In this document: positions 35,211 to 45,933 of the stretch, one piece after another
How the letters are laid out: every line of letters begins with the position of its first letter
How positions within the stretch are numbered: the stretch's first letter is position 1
Assembly (NCBI GenBank): GCA_963701785.1
Contig: CAVPBC010000003.1
Location: 481,556-545,555 of the forward strand
Reading direction: 5' to 3'
Length of the DNA: 64,000 nucleotides
Source: an uncultured Bacteroidales bacterium
Lineage (GTDB): Bacteria > Bacteroidota > Bacteroidia > Bacteroidales > JAGOPY01
Position numbers and translations under genes: made by a program
Notes under the pieces: generated by a model
What the model was told of the DNA's origin: nothing
Databases searched by the model: none
What the model saw: only the letters and a program-made list of their open reading frames with translations

Positions 35211-37337
35211 CTATTTGGATATATCTGTGCCTAAACGCTGAAGGTAAGCAATCAGGGCAATGATCTCCTTGTCAGCATCAACTTCAATACCTGAGGTTTT
35301 CAGTCCTCCGGCGATCTGCTTTGCCTGGTTCTCAAGGTCGGCATTTGCCATTTTATCATACCCTTCTTCATAAGGAACGCCCAAAGATTGCATGATCCTT
35401 ATTTTGCGGGCCGTATAAGTAACATCCAGGTCGTTCTTTATTAACCAGGGATAAGTTGGCATGATCGATTGCTGGTTTAGTTTTCTTGGATCCATCATAT
35501 GGTTAAAATGCCAGGCATCAGGTTTGTACAACCTGCCACTTTTGACGCCTTCGCGGGCCAGGTCAGGTCCGTTGCGTTTTGACCCCCATTGGAACGGATG
35601 GTCATATACGAATTCGCCGGCTTTGGAATACTCGCCGTACCGTTCAGTTTCTGAACGGAATGGCCTGATGAGCTGCGAGTGGCAGGTATAACATCCTTCC
35701 CTGACATATATATCCCTTCCTTCAAGTTCTAATGGAGTGTATGGCTTAACACTGGAAATAGTGGGAATATTTGTCTTGATCAAATACATGGGAATGATTT
35801 CAACGGCCCCCCCGATCAAAATGGCTATCAAAGCCAGGATCAGGAATTGAACCGGTTTTCTTTCCAGCCAGCGGTGGCGGGATTCGCCGGCAGCGCGTTT
35901 GGATGAGAGTGGTGCCAACGCAGGGGCCAAAGCTTCTGTTTCTTTTGAGAACTGCCCTGATTTTACAGTTTTAACTATGTTCCAGACCCCAATTACAGCA
36001 CCTGTGATATACAGGGCGCCGCCAACTACGCGGGCAGCATACATCGGGATAATCTGGGTTACCGTTTCAAGGAAATTAGGATATTTCAGGAAGCCCATAT
36101 CTGTGAATTCTTTCCACATAAGTGTCTGGACGATAGCACCCCAGTATAACGGGATTGCGTAAAAAATGATACCCAGTGTGCCTAGCCAGAAATGGATATT
36201 AGCCAGGCGGCGGGAATACAATGTGGTGTTAAACATACGTGGCATCATCCAGTATAACATCCCGAAAGTCAGGAATCCATTCCAGCCTAAAGCTCCAATA
36301 TGTGCGTGAGCAACGGTCCAGTCGGTGAAATGGGTAAATGCATTTATGCTTTTTACCGACATCAGAGGGCCTTCCAGTGTAGACATCCCATATGCAGTTA
36401 CAGCGACAACGAAAAATTTCAGCACCGGATCTTCGCGGACTTTATCCCAGGCACCCCGAAGGGTAAGCAGGCCATTGACCATGCCGCCCCATGAAGGCGC
36501 GATCAGCATGATCGAAAAAACAACACCCAGGGTTTGAGCCCAGTTGGGGAGTGCACCGTAAAGCAGGTGGTGCGGACCAGCCCAGATATAAAGAAAGATC
36601 AAAGCCCAGAAGTGAATGATAGAAAGACGGTACGAATAAACAGGACGATTAGCTGCCTTTGGCAGGAAATAATACATCAACCCCAGGTAAGGCGTGGTAA
36701 GGAAGAATGCAACGGCATTGTGCCCATACCACCATTGTACCAGTGCATCCTGGACACCGGCATAAATCGGGTAACTTTTCAGTAGGCTGACCGGGATAGC
36801 AATGGAGTTTACTATGTGAAGCACGGCCACGGTAACGAATGTGGCAATGTAGAACCAGATGGCAACATAAATGTGCCTTGTTCTTCTTTTAATGATCGTG
36901 CCAAACATATTCAAGCCGAAAACCACCCAGATGAGTGCTACTAAAATATCAATCGGCCATTCAAGCTCGGCGTATTCCTTGCTGGTGGTGATCCCGAAAA
37001 TAAAGGTCAGCGCTGCAAAAACTATAATTAGCTGCCAGCCCCAGAAGTGAATGTAGCTGAGCATGTCGTTAAACATCCTGGCCTTGCAAAGTCGTTGTAA
37101 AGAGTAATAAACACCGGTGAAAATACCGTTCCCTACAAAGGCAAAGATCACTGCATTGGTGTGGATCGGCCGGATACGGCCAAATGTCGTGTAAGCAAGG
37201 TCGAAAGACAGTGATGGGAAGACGAGCTGCAAGGCAGCCAGTAATCCAACCACCATGCCAATGATGGCCCAGAAGAGCGTTGCATAGGCAAAATACTTGA
37301 CGATCCTGTTGTCGTAGTAGAATTTTTCCTGTTCCAT
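35211..37337 (-). CDS. ccoNO: cbb3-type cytochrome c oxidase, fused subunits I and II (CcoNO)
   Basis: 708 aa. The N-terminal 12-TM heme-copper domain has 'WWYGHNAV' and 'HAHIGALGW'. The C-terminal CcoO part has 'CYTCHSQLIRPF'. Confidence 0.95.
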   Translation of the reverse strand: MEQEKFYYDNRIVKYFAYATLFWAIIGMVVGLLAALQLVFPSLSFDLAYTTFGRIRPIHTNAVIFAFVGNGIFTGVYYSLQRLCKARMFNDMLSYIHFWGWQLIIVFAALTFIFGITTSKEYAELEWPIDILVALIWVVFGLNMFGTIIKRRTRHIYVAIWFYIATFVTVAVLHIVNSIAIPVSLLKSYPIYAGVQDALVQWWYGHNAVAFFLTTPYLGLMYYFLPKAANRPVYSYRLSIIHFWALIFLYIWAGPHHLLYGALPNWAQTLGVVFSIMLIAPSWGGMVNGLLTLRGAWDKVREDPVLKFFVVAVTAYGMSTLEGPLMSVKSINAFTHFTDWTVAHAHIGALGWNGFLTFGMLYWMMPRMFNTTLYSRRLANIHFWLGTLGIIFYAIPLYWGAIVQTLMWKEFTDMGFLKYPNFLETVTQIIPMYAARVVGGALYITGAVIGVWNIVKTVKSGQFSKETEALAPALAPLSSKRAAGESRHRWLERKPVQFLILALIAILIGGAVEIIPMYLIKTNIPTISSVKPYTPLELEGRDIYVREGCYTCHSQLIRPFRSETERYGEYSKAGEFVYDHPFQWGSKRNGPDLAREGVKSGRLYKPDAWHFNHMMDPRKLNQQSIMPTYPWLIKNDLDVTYTARKIRIMQSLGVPYEEGYDKMANADLENQAKQIAGGLKTSGIEVDADKEIIALIAYLQRLGTDISK

Positions 37338-37340
37338 AGA

Positions 37341-37481
37341 ATTGGTTATTGGGTTATTAGTTATTGGTTCATTGGTTCATTGGTCATTAGTCATTGGTCA
37401 TTAGTCATTGGTCATTAGGTTGTGATTTTGAATTTGTATTTTGAATTTGTTTGGAATTTGGTGTTTGGATTTTGGAATTTG
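37341..37481. repeat. paired tandem arrays (ATTGGTCA/TTAGTCAT-type, then TTTGAATT/TTGGAATT-type octamers)
   Basis: Read directly. They span the ccoS-ccoNO spacer and encode the last ~27 codons of the ccoS ORF. Confidence 0.9.
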
Positions 37482-37703
37482 TTCCGGATTGGTTTTATCA
37501 GCTTTCTCTTTTTGATCTTCAATGACATTCGTTTCATCATCAAATAAGATCCTGACAGATGGCGTATACTCATCATCAAATTGCCCTGCCTTGATCGACC
37601 ATATGAATGATACCAGGAAGCCTATGGCTACCAGCAGACTTACCGCGATGAGAATAAAGATGACGTTCACTGAGGGTATTGTGATATCATTAACAGTAAA
37701 CAA
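37401..37703 (-). CDS. ccoS: cbb3 oxidase maturation protein CcoS, with a repeat-encoded C-terminal extension
   Basis: 'VIFILIAVSLLVAIGFLVSFIWSIKAGQFDDEYTPSVRILFDD' is canonical CcoS. The tail 'KSKHQIPNKFKIQIQNHNLMTND' is read through the octamer array. Confidence 0.8.
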   Translation of the reverse strand: MFTVNDITIPSVNVIFILIAVSLLVAIGFLVSFIWSIKAGQFDDEYTPSVRILFDDETNVIEDQKEKADKTNPEQIPKSKHQIPNKFKIQIQNHNLMTND

Positions 37704-37777
37704 ATATAAAATATAATGCTGTAAAATGAACCCCGGTCATCTTTAAATATGCAAATTGATTTATATTTAGAGAGATT

Positions 37778-40177
37778 CTAAATATGCTTCTTTTTAGCCA
37801 TTAACAATGTGGTGAAAGTGGCAAATGCCACGGCTGTGACAGAACTTAAAGGCATCAGGATGGCGGAAAGGAGGGGGGTGAGCAAACCTGCTGCTGCAAA
37901 AGAAATTCCTATAATGTTGTAAATAAAGGAGATGATGAATCCGGCCCTGACAATTTTCATGGCAGTATGGCTGAAATGGATGAATCCCGGCAATTGCCGG
38001 AACCGGTCGGAATCAAGAATGCCATCGCATGCGGGTGAAAAATGGTAAACATTATCGGCAATGGTGATTCCTACATTGCTCTCTTTTAAAGCACCGGCAT
38101 CATTCAGGCCATCGCCAACCATCAATATTTTTTTTCCGGAGTTCCTCAGTTTTTCTATGTAGAGCAACTTGTCCTTTGGCGACTGCCTGAAATGAAGTGC
38201 CCCTTCATTCCCGAATAAAGGCAGCAGGTTGATCTTCTCGGCATCATTGTCACCTGAAAGCAAATGGAGCTCGTAATCGCCCTTCAGGTTTCCAATAGCT
38301 TCATGCATGCCAGGCCGGTACTGGTTCCTGATTCCAATAAAACCGATAGATTTTTTGTCTATCGAAACAAAAATCCTTGAAGAATAAGTCTTGAACTCAC
38401 TTTCCTTGCCGGTAATAAAGCTTTCTGATCCAACCTTTATCAAATGCCCGTTAACCTTACCTTCCAAGCCGAGAGCGGGGATTTCATTAAATCCGGAGAC
38501 CTCCATGACAGGACCCACGGACAAATTATTATAAAGTGCCTGGCTCAGGGGATGGGATGAATGCCTGACGAGTGACCTGATCAGCATGATACTGGTTTCA
38601 TCAATGGCGATATCGTCCAGTTCGATTTTATACGCATCATTTTGAGTGATCGTTCCTGTCTTGTCGAAAACTATCGTATCTACTTTTGACAATTCTTCCA
38701 GGATTTCAGTTTTTTTCAGATAAAAACCAGCCCTGCCGAAAATCCGCATGGTATTGCCTAAGGCAAAAGGGATGGTCAGTGCCAGGGCACACGGGCAGGC
38801 AACGATCAGGACGGATGTGAATGCATTCATGGCCAGCGAAGGATCTTTGATGAGCCAGTAAATCCCTGCAGCCAGGCTGATGGTAATAATTACGAGGGTA
38901 AAATAATGACTTACTTTATTGATCAAAGAATTCAGCGTTTTTTTTTCTGATTTTTGATGCAGATCCTGGTTCCATAACTCGGTCAGGTAACTCTGGACAA
39001 CTTCCTTTTCCACGATCAGTTCAATAGCGCTTCCAACCTGCCTGCCTCCGGCGAAGATGCGGTCTTTGACCTGCTTGTGGACAGGTGAAGATTCTCCGCT
39101 TACAAAGCTGTAATCGATATGACCATCGCCTTTGACGAGGATTGCATCGGCCGGGACCAGTTCCTGGTTGCGAACCACGATCCGGTTGCCGGGTTTCAGG
39201 TTTTTCAACGGAATGGAGGATTCATGTCCTTCTTCGTCAATGATGGTCACCGCTACAGGGAAATAGGATTTGTAGTCCCTTTCAAAAGAAAGGGCCTGGT
39301 ATGTTTTACCCTGGTACCATTTCCCGATCAGCAGGAAAAAGACCAGGCCGGCAAGGGAATCCATATACCCCTGGTCGATCCCTGCAAGGATCTCATAAGC
39401 GGATCGAAGAAACAGGACCGTGATACCCAGTGCAATAGGTACATCGATATTGATGATTTTTTTTCTTAATCCCTTAAATGCCGAAATGAAGTAATCCTGT
39501 GCCGCGTAGAAAACCACAGGCAGTGACAGGATAAGGTTGAAGTATGCAAAATTATGGATAAATGCCTGGTCGATAGGTTTACTGCCGGCCAGGTAGTCAG
39601 GAAAGCTGAACAGCATGATGTTCCCGAAGCAAAAACCAGCCACGCCAAGCTGGTAATAGATCTTTCTCCGGTTTTGCTTCGCTTTCTTCCGGTCGAGGTC
39701 GTCTAAAGTGATCTGTGGGATATAGTTCAGGGAAACAAGCAGTTCAACAAGTTTCCTGAGCGATAGTTCTTCTTCCTTAAAGGTAATGGTGACTTCCTTT
39801 TTGACGAAATTAACCATGGAATGCAGTATCCCTTTTTGAATCCTGTTTAAGTTTTCCAGTAACCAAATACAGGAACTGCAATGGATGGAAGGGATGAAAA
39901 GCCTTATCTTGCTGATGCCGCCATCGGAAAAATCCAGCAGGTCATTTCTGATTTCTTCATGATCAAGATACGCGTATTTCTGGCCGATTTCAGCCTCTTT
40001 TATCCTGATGCCGGGATTTTTTTCAATATTATAATATTCGCAGGCATCACTTTCTTTAAGGATCTCATAAACCGTTTTGCAACCAAAACAGCAAAAAGGC
40101 TTATCGTCAAAAATTGCAGGGTGTTTTCCGCAATCTTCTCCGCAGTGATAGCAGCTTATTTTATAGCTTTTGTCCAA
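37778..40177 (-). CDS. ccoI: copper-translocating P1B-type ATPase (CcoI/FixI)
   Basis: 799 aa. N-terminal 'CYHCGEDC', 'CPCAL', 'FDKTGTIT' and 'VGDGLNDAGAL'. Confidence 0.92.
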   Translation of the reverse strand: MDKSYKISCYHCGEDCGKHPAIFDDKPFCCFGCKTVYEILKESDACEYYNIEKNPGIRIKEAEIGQKYAYLDHEEIRNDLLDFSDGGISKIRLFIPSIHCSSCIWLLENLNRIQKGILHSMVNFVKKEVTITFKEEELSLRKLVELLVSLNYIPQITLDDLDRKKAKQNRRKIYYQLGVAGFCFGNIMLFSFPDYLAGSKPIDQAFIHNFAYFNLILSLPVVFYAAQDYFISAFKGLRKKIINIDVPIALGITVLFLRSAYEILAGIDQGYMDSLAGLVFFLLIGKWYQGKTYQALSFERDYKSYFPVAVTIIDEEGHESSIPLKNLKPGNRIVVRNQELVPADAILVKGDGHIDYSFVSGESSPVHKQVKDRIFAGGRQVGSAIELIVEKEVVQSYLTELWNQDLHQKSEKKTLNSLINKVSHYFTLVIITISLAAGIYWLIKDPSLAMNAFTSVLIVACPCALALTIPFALGNTMRIFGRAGFYLKKTEILEELSKVDTIVFDKTGTITQNDAYKIELDDIAIDETSIMLIRSLVRHSSHPLSQALYNNLSVGPVMEVSGFNEIPALGLEGKVNGHLIKVGSESFITGKESEFKTYSSRIFVSIDKKSIGFIGIRNQYRPGMHEAIGNLKGDYELHLLSGDNDAEKINLLPLFGNEGALHFRQSPKDKLLYIEKLRNSGKKILMVGDGLNDAGALKESNVGITIADNVYHFSPACDGILDSDRFRQLPGFIHFSHTAMKIVRAGFIISFIYNIIGISFAAAGLLTPLLSAILMPLSSVTAVAFATFTTLLMAKKKHI

Positions 40178-43100
40178 TCTTATTCATCCTCAAATGATTC
40201 AGATACGCAAGCAATGATACCAGTGCAATAATCGCTACCGTGTAATAAACGAAAGTCGGCACGGGAACAGGATCGCCGGCAGCATAGGAGTGCATGCCCG
40301 ACAGGTAATAATTCACGCCGAAATAAGTCATCAGCACAGAGCTGAAACCGATAAGTGCGGCGAAATTGAATCCAAAGACACCGTTCAGGCCTGGTATAAG
40401 TCTCATGTGTATGATAAAGGAATAGACGAGCACGGTGACCAGCGCCCAGGTCTCTTTGGGATCCCATCCCCAGTAGCGGCCCCAGGATTCGTTTGCCCAG
40501 ACGGCGCCGAGAAAGGTACCGATGGTAACAAGGAATACACCGATGATCAGGTTCATTTCGTTGATGTTTGTCAGCTCCTCAATGGTGGATTTCAGCTTAT
40601 TGAAATTATTTTTATTCTGCAGGCTGATCAGGACCAGGTTCAGGAACCCCAGCAGGGCCCCGACCCCCAGGAAACTGTAACTTGCCGTTATAATGGCCAC
40701 ATGGATCACCAGCCAGTAGGATTTGAGTACCGGCACCAGGTTGGTCATTTGCGGGTCGAGCCAGCTCAGGTTGGCTACCATCAGCGTTACTGAAGCCAGG
40801 ATGGCCGTGGTGGCCAGGGTGATTTTGGATGTCCTGGAGAAAAGGATACCGGAAAGTACCGTACCCCAGGCGATATAGATCATCGTTTCATACCCGTTAC
40901 TCCAGGGGGCGTGTCCGGCAACATACCACCTGATGGCCAATCCGATGGTATGCAGAACAAACAATGCGATGATCATTCCTATCAGGACACGGATGACCCA
41001 TTTCAGGTTAATCTTGCTGCTGAGTACCTGGATAAACAATATTATTATAAAGATCAGCCCTATTGTGCCGTACAACGGGAAGAGCCGCTTGAAAATATTG
41101 GAATTGTTATAGAAAATCTCAAGTTTTGATTTTAAGGTCGATGGCATAATATCCAGTACCGTACCTGTTCTGGAATGTTTTCAGGTAACCAAGCGTGGAA
41201 TCAGCCTGTGACCAATCGTTTGAACTCATGGCATCGACAACGGTGCTGTAATAAAGCGGGAGGATATTTCCTACAAATTTCGCGTCGGCACGTGTCAAAC
41301 GTGGAAAACGGATCCTCGGCGGTGTGCCATTTGTTTCCGGGATGTCCGGGTACAGGGAAAGCAGTCAGGAAATCTCCTGATACGGCCATAAAGAAGATAT
41401 TCACCCGTTCATCAACCTTGATAACGTCCTTGTCAAAACTGTTTCTTTCGACAGGTTTCTTATTATATGCCGTATTAATATGCTCGGAAAGTTTATAGAA
41501 ACCCATCTCCGGGTCCAGGAAATCATTAAACGAGGCATACTTACCATCAACCCCCAGCATTTTTTTAAGTTCCTTATCGGTCACCTTGATCATCGGCACA
41601 CTTTGCCAGTACATCGGGTTAGTCAGCATCCCCAGGAAGACCTGGTCGCTGTTTAATCCTGACATATTATCTTTCCTGTATATCTTGCGCATGATTTCGG
41701 AGGAAAGGGTATTTACCGGTTTCATCCGGCCATCCTGGTCCTGGACGATCAGTTGCCCGAATTTTTTTGCATGTTCTTTGCTGATATTTAAAGGATCAAA
41801 CGAAGTATTATGCTGGGAAAAGGAATCAATAGCTGAAAAACTTAAAGCGAATAGTAATAGCGAATGAAGCGAGTGCACTTTTCTTCTTCAGTTCTGAAGA
41901 CATTTTCGAAAGTTTGCGGAACCGGCTGTTCTTGCTGAAGAAATTGAAAACCAGTCCTGCCGCCATGATGAAATATCCGATATAAGTGATCAGCGTACCC
42001 CAGCTATCGTGGTTGACAGAAAGAATGGTACCTTTTTCATCTTTATCATAAGAAGACTGGAAAAACCTGAATCCGCCGTAATTCAGGATATTGTTCATAA
42101 AGATACGGTAAGGCTTTTCTATGTTTTTAACCGGATCCAGCACAGTTACTTCGCTGGCAAAGGAAGACGGGCTCATCGACCCGGGATATCTTTCCAGTTG
42201 AAAATCCCTGAGCATAACGGAGAAGGGTAATTCAATAATTTTTGAGCCATATGAAACTGCAAAATCTGCATCGCCAAGGGTGGTTCTGACCGGCTGTCCG
42301 ACCATGCCTTTCCCTCCCAGCACGCCGATTTCTTCGCTCTGTCCCTTATAGCTGAGCTTCATAACAATGGCGGCGACACCACTGGTTTCATGCGGTGAAG
42401 AGACCATCTGGGTTTTTCCGGATGCGTAGAATTGGCGGACAACAAGCTGAACCCCGTTAAAATCATATAACTGCATGGTATTCAGGGTATAGGTCGAATC
42501 CTTGCTGAGCGAGTCGGTTGTTCCGGCCATCATGTTCATGACCGTGGCATCGACCGGGGCGCGAAAAGTCAGCCCGGTTTCAGGGCTGTAATTGATCCGG
42601 ATGGCGTCAGGATTGGTTGTTTCTGCATTGAAACTCAGGCTTAAACCAGCTGTTTTCTTGCTCTCACCGGCTTTGATCAGTGCATTTTTTCTTTCGCCTT
42701 TGTCCACCGTGACATAGGTCATCATCGGGATGCCATTTGGAGCTTCCACAACAGCCTCGGCTGCATTGGGAATATATTTCACGTATTCAAGACGGATGTC
42801 TTCACCATCCATGGAATAAGTTTCGTTAAACCTGTTCTTCTTGAACTCGGTAAATAAGTATTCATCAGCGAAATAAGCCTTTTGCCCGTTCTTTTCAACG
42901 TTGACCTGGACATAGGGCCTTTCCGAGATGATCCTGTTTGATGATTCCCCTTCACGGATCATCATAGTCCCTTCATAGCCGGCATATCGGGTAATGGCTG
43001 CCCCTGCAAGGATGACAATGAATGACATGTGGAAAAAAAGGACACTGTAACGCTTACGTTCATATAGCTTGTATTTGAACACGCTCCCGACAAGGCTGAT

Positions 43101-43274
43101 GGCCCCAAGCAGCAAAAGGCCTTCAAACCATAGGGCATCGTAAACTACTGATTTGGCTGCCAGCGTTCCGAAATCATTTTCGATAAAAGTTGCCGTTCCG
43201 ATTGCGGCGGCAAAAATCAGCATCAGCGTTCCTGCAAATTGCATGGAGAATATAAAGTCGAATATTTTTCGCAT
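40161..43274 (-). pseudogene. ccsBA: cytochrome c biogenesis CcsBA (ResB-CcsA fusion), reading frame interrupted
   Basis: Fragments are 41826..43274 (ResB-like), 41201..41878 and 40161..41147 (CcsA with 'WGRYWGWDPKETWAL'). By my translation the frame changes at ~41875, ~41285 and ~41150, and the intermediate frame reads 'ADAKFVGNILPLYYSTVVDAMSSNDWSQADSTLGYLKTFQNRYGTG'. The total of ~1035 codons equals a Bacteroidetes CcsBA. It overlaps ccoI by 17 nt. Confidence 0.8.
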
Positions 43275-43391
43275 TGTTGAGAGTTTTAGAGTTTCAAATT
43301 CCAGCTCCTAACCCGATTAAGGGGAGTGGGGCTAACGTCAGCAAAAATAGTTAAAACAGGTATATTATAAAGAATGAATTTAAATAAATAT

Positions 43392-43560
43392 AAAAGAGGC
43401 TGTCTTAAAAGTCGCTATTTCTGTTTTATCGCAGATTATCGCTGATTCTACGCAGATTTCGCGAATTTATATCATTGATTATAAATAATCTGCGAGAATT
43501 TGCCTTTCATCTGCGTTAATCTGCGTGAAACATAAAAGCACTTTTGAGACAGCTTCTTTT
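43392..43560. repeat. MITE/REP-like element with 21-nt terminal inverted repeats
   Basis: 'aaaagaggctgtcttaaaagt' (43392-43412) pairs with 'acttttgagacagcttctttt' (43540-43560). The interior holds reiterated 'atctgcg' motifs. Confidence 0.6.
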
Positions 43561-43584
43561 ATCTAAACCCAATTTTTATTAATA

Positions 43585-44780
43585 TCAATGATGTTGCAGG
43601 CTCTCTTCCAGGTAAGGATGATTTTTCGCCACCAAGGGTGCAGCTTTGAGCGCACGGGCCACTACAAAGGCAAACATGCCGGCAAATCCCAGAAATGAAC
43701 CTATTTCAATGAAGCCGATCTGAAGCTTTCCATAAGTACCGACAATGATCTGCAGGTAAAGGTCTACCCAATGACCGAAAATAATAACAATACAGATAGC
43801 CATCAATGTGTTCTTATGACTCACCAGGTAATTCGAAAGCAGCAATACGAAAGGTATTACCCAGTTGATGATCAGTTCCATATAAAACAAGGGCATGAAC
43901 TCACCTTTTGTCCTTGGAAGGTAATAAACGGTCTCTTCGGGAATGTTGGCATACCAGATCAGGATATACTGCGCAAACCACAGGTAGGTCCATATGATGC
44001 TGAGGATAAAGATGTATTTCGAAAAGTCCTTCAGATGGGCTTTATTGAGGAATGGGAGATATCCCAATTTTCCTGAGTATTATAACGATCAGCGTGATGA
44101 CTACAGTTCCATGGTAAAAGGACATGACGAAATTTCTGACAGCAAAGATGGTACTGAACCAGTGAACATCTACCGACATGATCCAGTCGAAAGTTGCCAG
44201 GGAAAAAGTAATGGCAAGAGTGAAAATGTAAATCTTGGAAAAGAGCTCACTCCTGTAAAAATTCGTCATTCCGCCAATTCTGTCTTCTTTGAGGGACAAT
44301 CTTTTCAGGTACTGCGTCAGGAAGATCCAGACGGCAAAAAACAGGATATACCTGAAAATGAAGAAAGGGAGGTTGAGATAAGGGCTCTTATGCGCGATGA
44401 TCGGGTCATGGTCTGCTGCGCCATGATGGGCCCAGTGATAAATATCCGGCAAACCGAAAATCAAGGATCGGGATCATAAGCACGGCAATAACCGGGATCA
44501 CATTTGACATGGCCTGGGGTATCCTGATAAAAGCGCTTGACCAGCCTGCCTGTGTAATATATTGAAGGGCGGCAAAGAAGGTCGCTCCAATAGCCAGGGA
44601 AAGGAAATAATAGTTGTTCATCAGGTAATTGGCCCATGTTTTCGTGGGATTGATAAAGAAGCCAACGATGATGGTCACCAACCCGATCCCCATCAGTATG
44701 AAGGTCAGGTAGTTAAACTTCTTTGAGATCACGAGCTGTTTATCCATATTATAATTTTCCATAGTTGATTCTCCTTCCAT
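43585..44780 (-). pseudogene. actF: alternative complex III subunit ActF (NrfD-like), frame interrupted twice
   Basis: Fragments 44406..44783, 44042..44464 and 43585..44067 join into one polytopic protein. Frame changes are near ~44440 and ~44055. Confidence 0.75.
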
Positions 44781-44788
44781 CAAAATAA

Positions 44789-45365
44789 CTATTTACCCAG
44801 TTCCCTGACATAATGTATGATCTTCCAGCGGTTTTCAGGGCTGATCTGTGAGCCATGGGGCCCCATCAGCCCGGAAAGTGATCCGAGCGTGATAACATGA
44901 TATATCTCGCCGTCAGGCTTATTTTTCACAAGATCGCCTATCAATGAAGTGGGCTGGGCTGGAAATCGCTTGCTGGTAAACAGGAACCCTTTGCCATCAC
45001 CCCTGTCGCCATGACAGCTGACGCAGAAAATGCTGTATTGCTCCTTGCCTTTAGCGAGTGTTTCCGCAGTAACAGGAATGGGATTAATCAGTTCTAGCCC
45101 CGGCCCTTACCTGATCCTCAAAAGATTTAGCCTTAAACATATAAGCCGGTTGATGCCCTCTTGCAATCGTCCCCTTTACCGGTGCCTGCATGGTCAGGCT
45201 GTCACGGAACAATGGATTTGCCGTATAAGCATCATACGCTTCCGAATAATACATGTCAGGCATGTAGGCATACCCGGGATGATTGCGGTCATGGTTGCAA
45301 GATATCATGAGAAACATGACTGCCGCCAAAGGTATGATCGGGTATTTTAAACAGTTTTTTATCAT
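44789..45365 (-). pseudogene. actE: alternative complex III monoheme cytochrome c subunit ActE, frame interrupted
   Basis: The N-terminal fragment 45084..45365 has lipobox 'LMISC'. My translation of the C-terminal part gives 'CVSCHGDRGDGKG...ENRWKIIHYVRELGK*' in another frame, with the shift near ~45085. Confidence 0.75.
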
Positions 45366-45378
45366 AATGATCCAACTA

Positions 45379-45928
45379 TTAATCGTTTTCTTCTTCAATA
45401 TAATGCTCCGGCTGGACTTTTTCCGAAATTTCGACGGCTCCCGTCTCTTTCAGGATGGAAGTGATCCTTTTAACTTCTTCATCGGTAAATTCAGCCGTCT
45501 TTTCGATTACGATGGCGAATTTGTCATCTGTCGTGCGGGGATCGATCATGACCACATTTTTTCCCGGCCCGATCTTCTGCCTGATAAAGAAGGTCGTAAA
45601 TGTGAACAGTACCGCAACGAAAATGGTCCCGACAAACATAATGATGATAAAGGAAAGGGAATTCAGCGGTTTTCCACCGAATTTCAGCGGGTAATTGACA
45701 ACCGAGGTCCAGTAAAGGAAAGCGTAAATTGACAATCAGCCCGACTGTCCCGTAAATAAAAGTGAGTATGGGAAGACGGGTTTTCAATCCAAGCACATCC
45801 CATAACTCATGGATAGGGAAGGGGCTGAATATGTTCTTAATCGGGACATCCTTTTCCTTAAGCTTTTTAGCTGCGGCAACAAGGACGTCAGGATCATCAT
45901 AAATCCCTATGATATTAATGCTTTCCAT
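45379..45928 (-). pseudogene. actD: alternative complex III subunit ActD (DUF3341-like), frame interrupted
   Basis: Fragments 45524..45928 and 45379..45735 join at ~45727 ('..FIYGTVGLIV|SIYAFLYWTSVVNYPLKFGGKP..'). Confidence 0.75.
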
Positions 45929-45933
45929 CTTTT

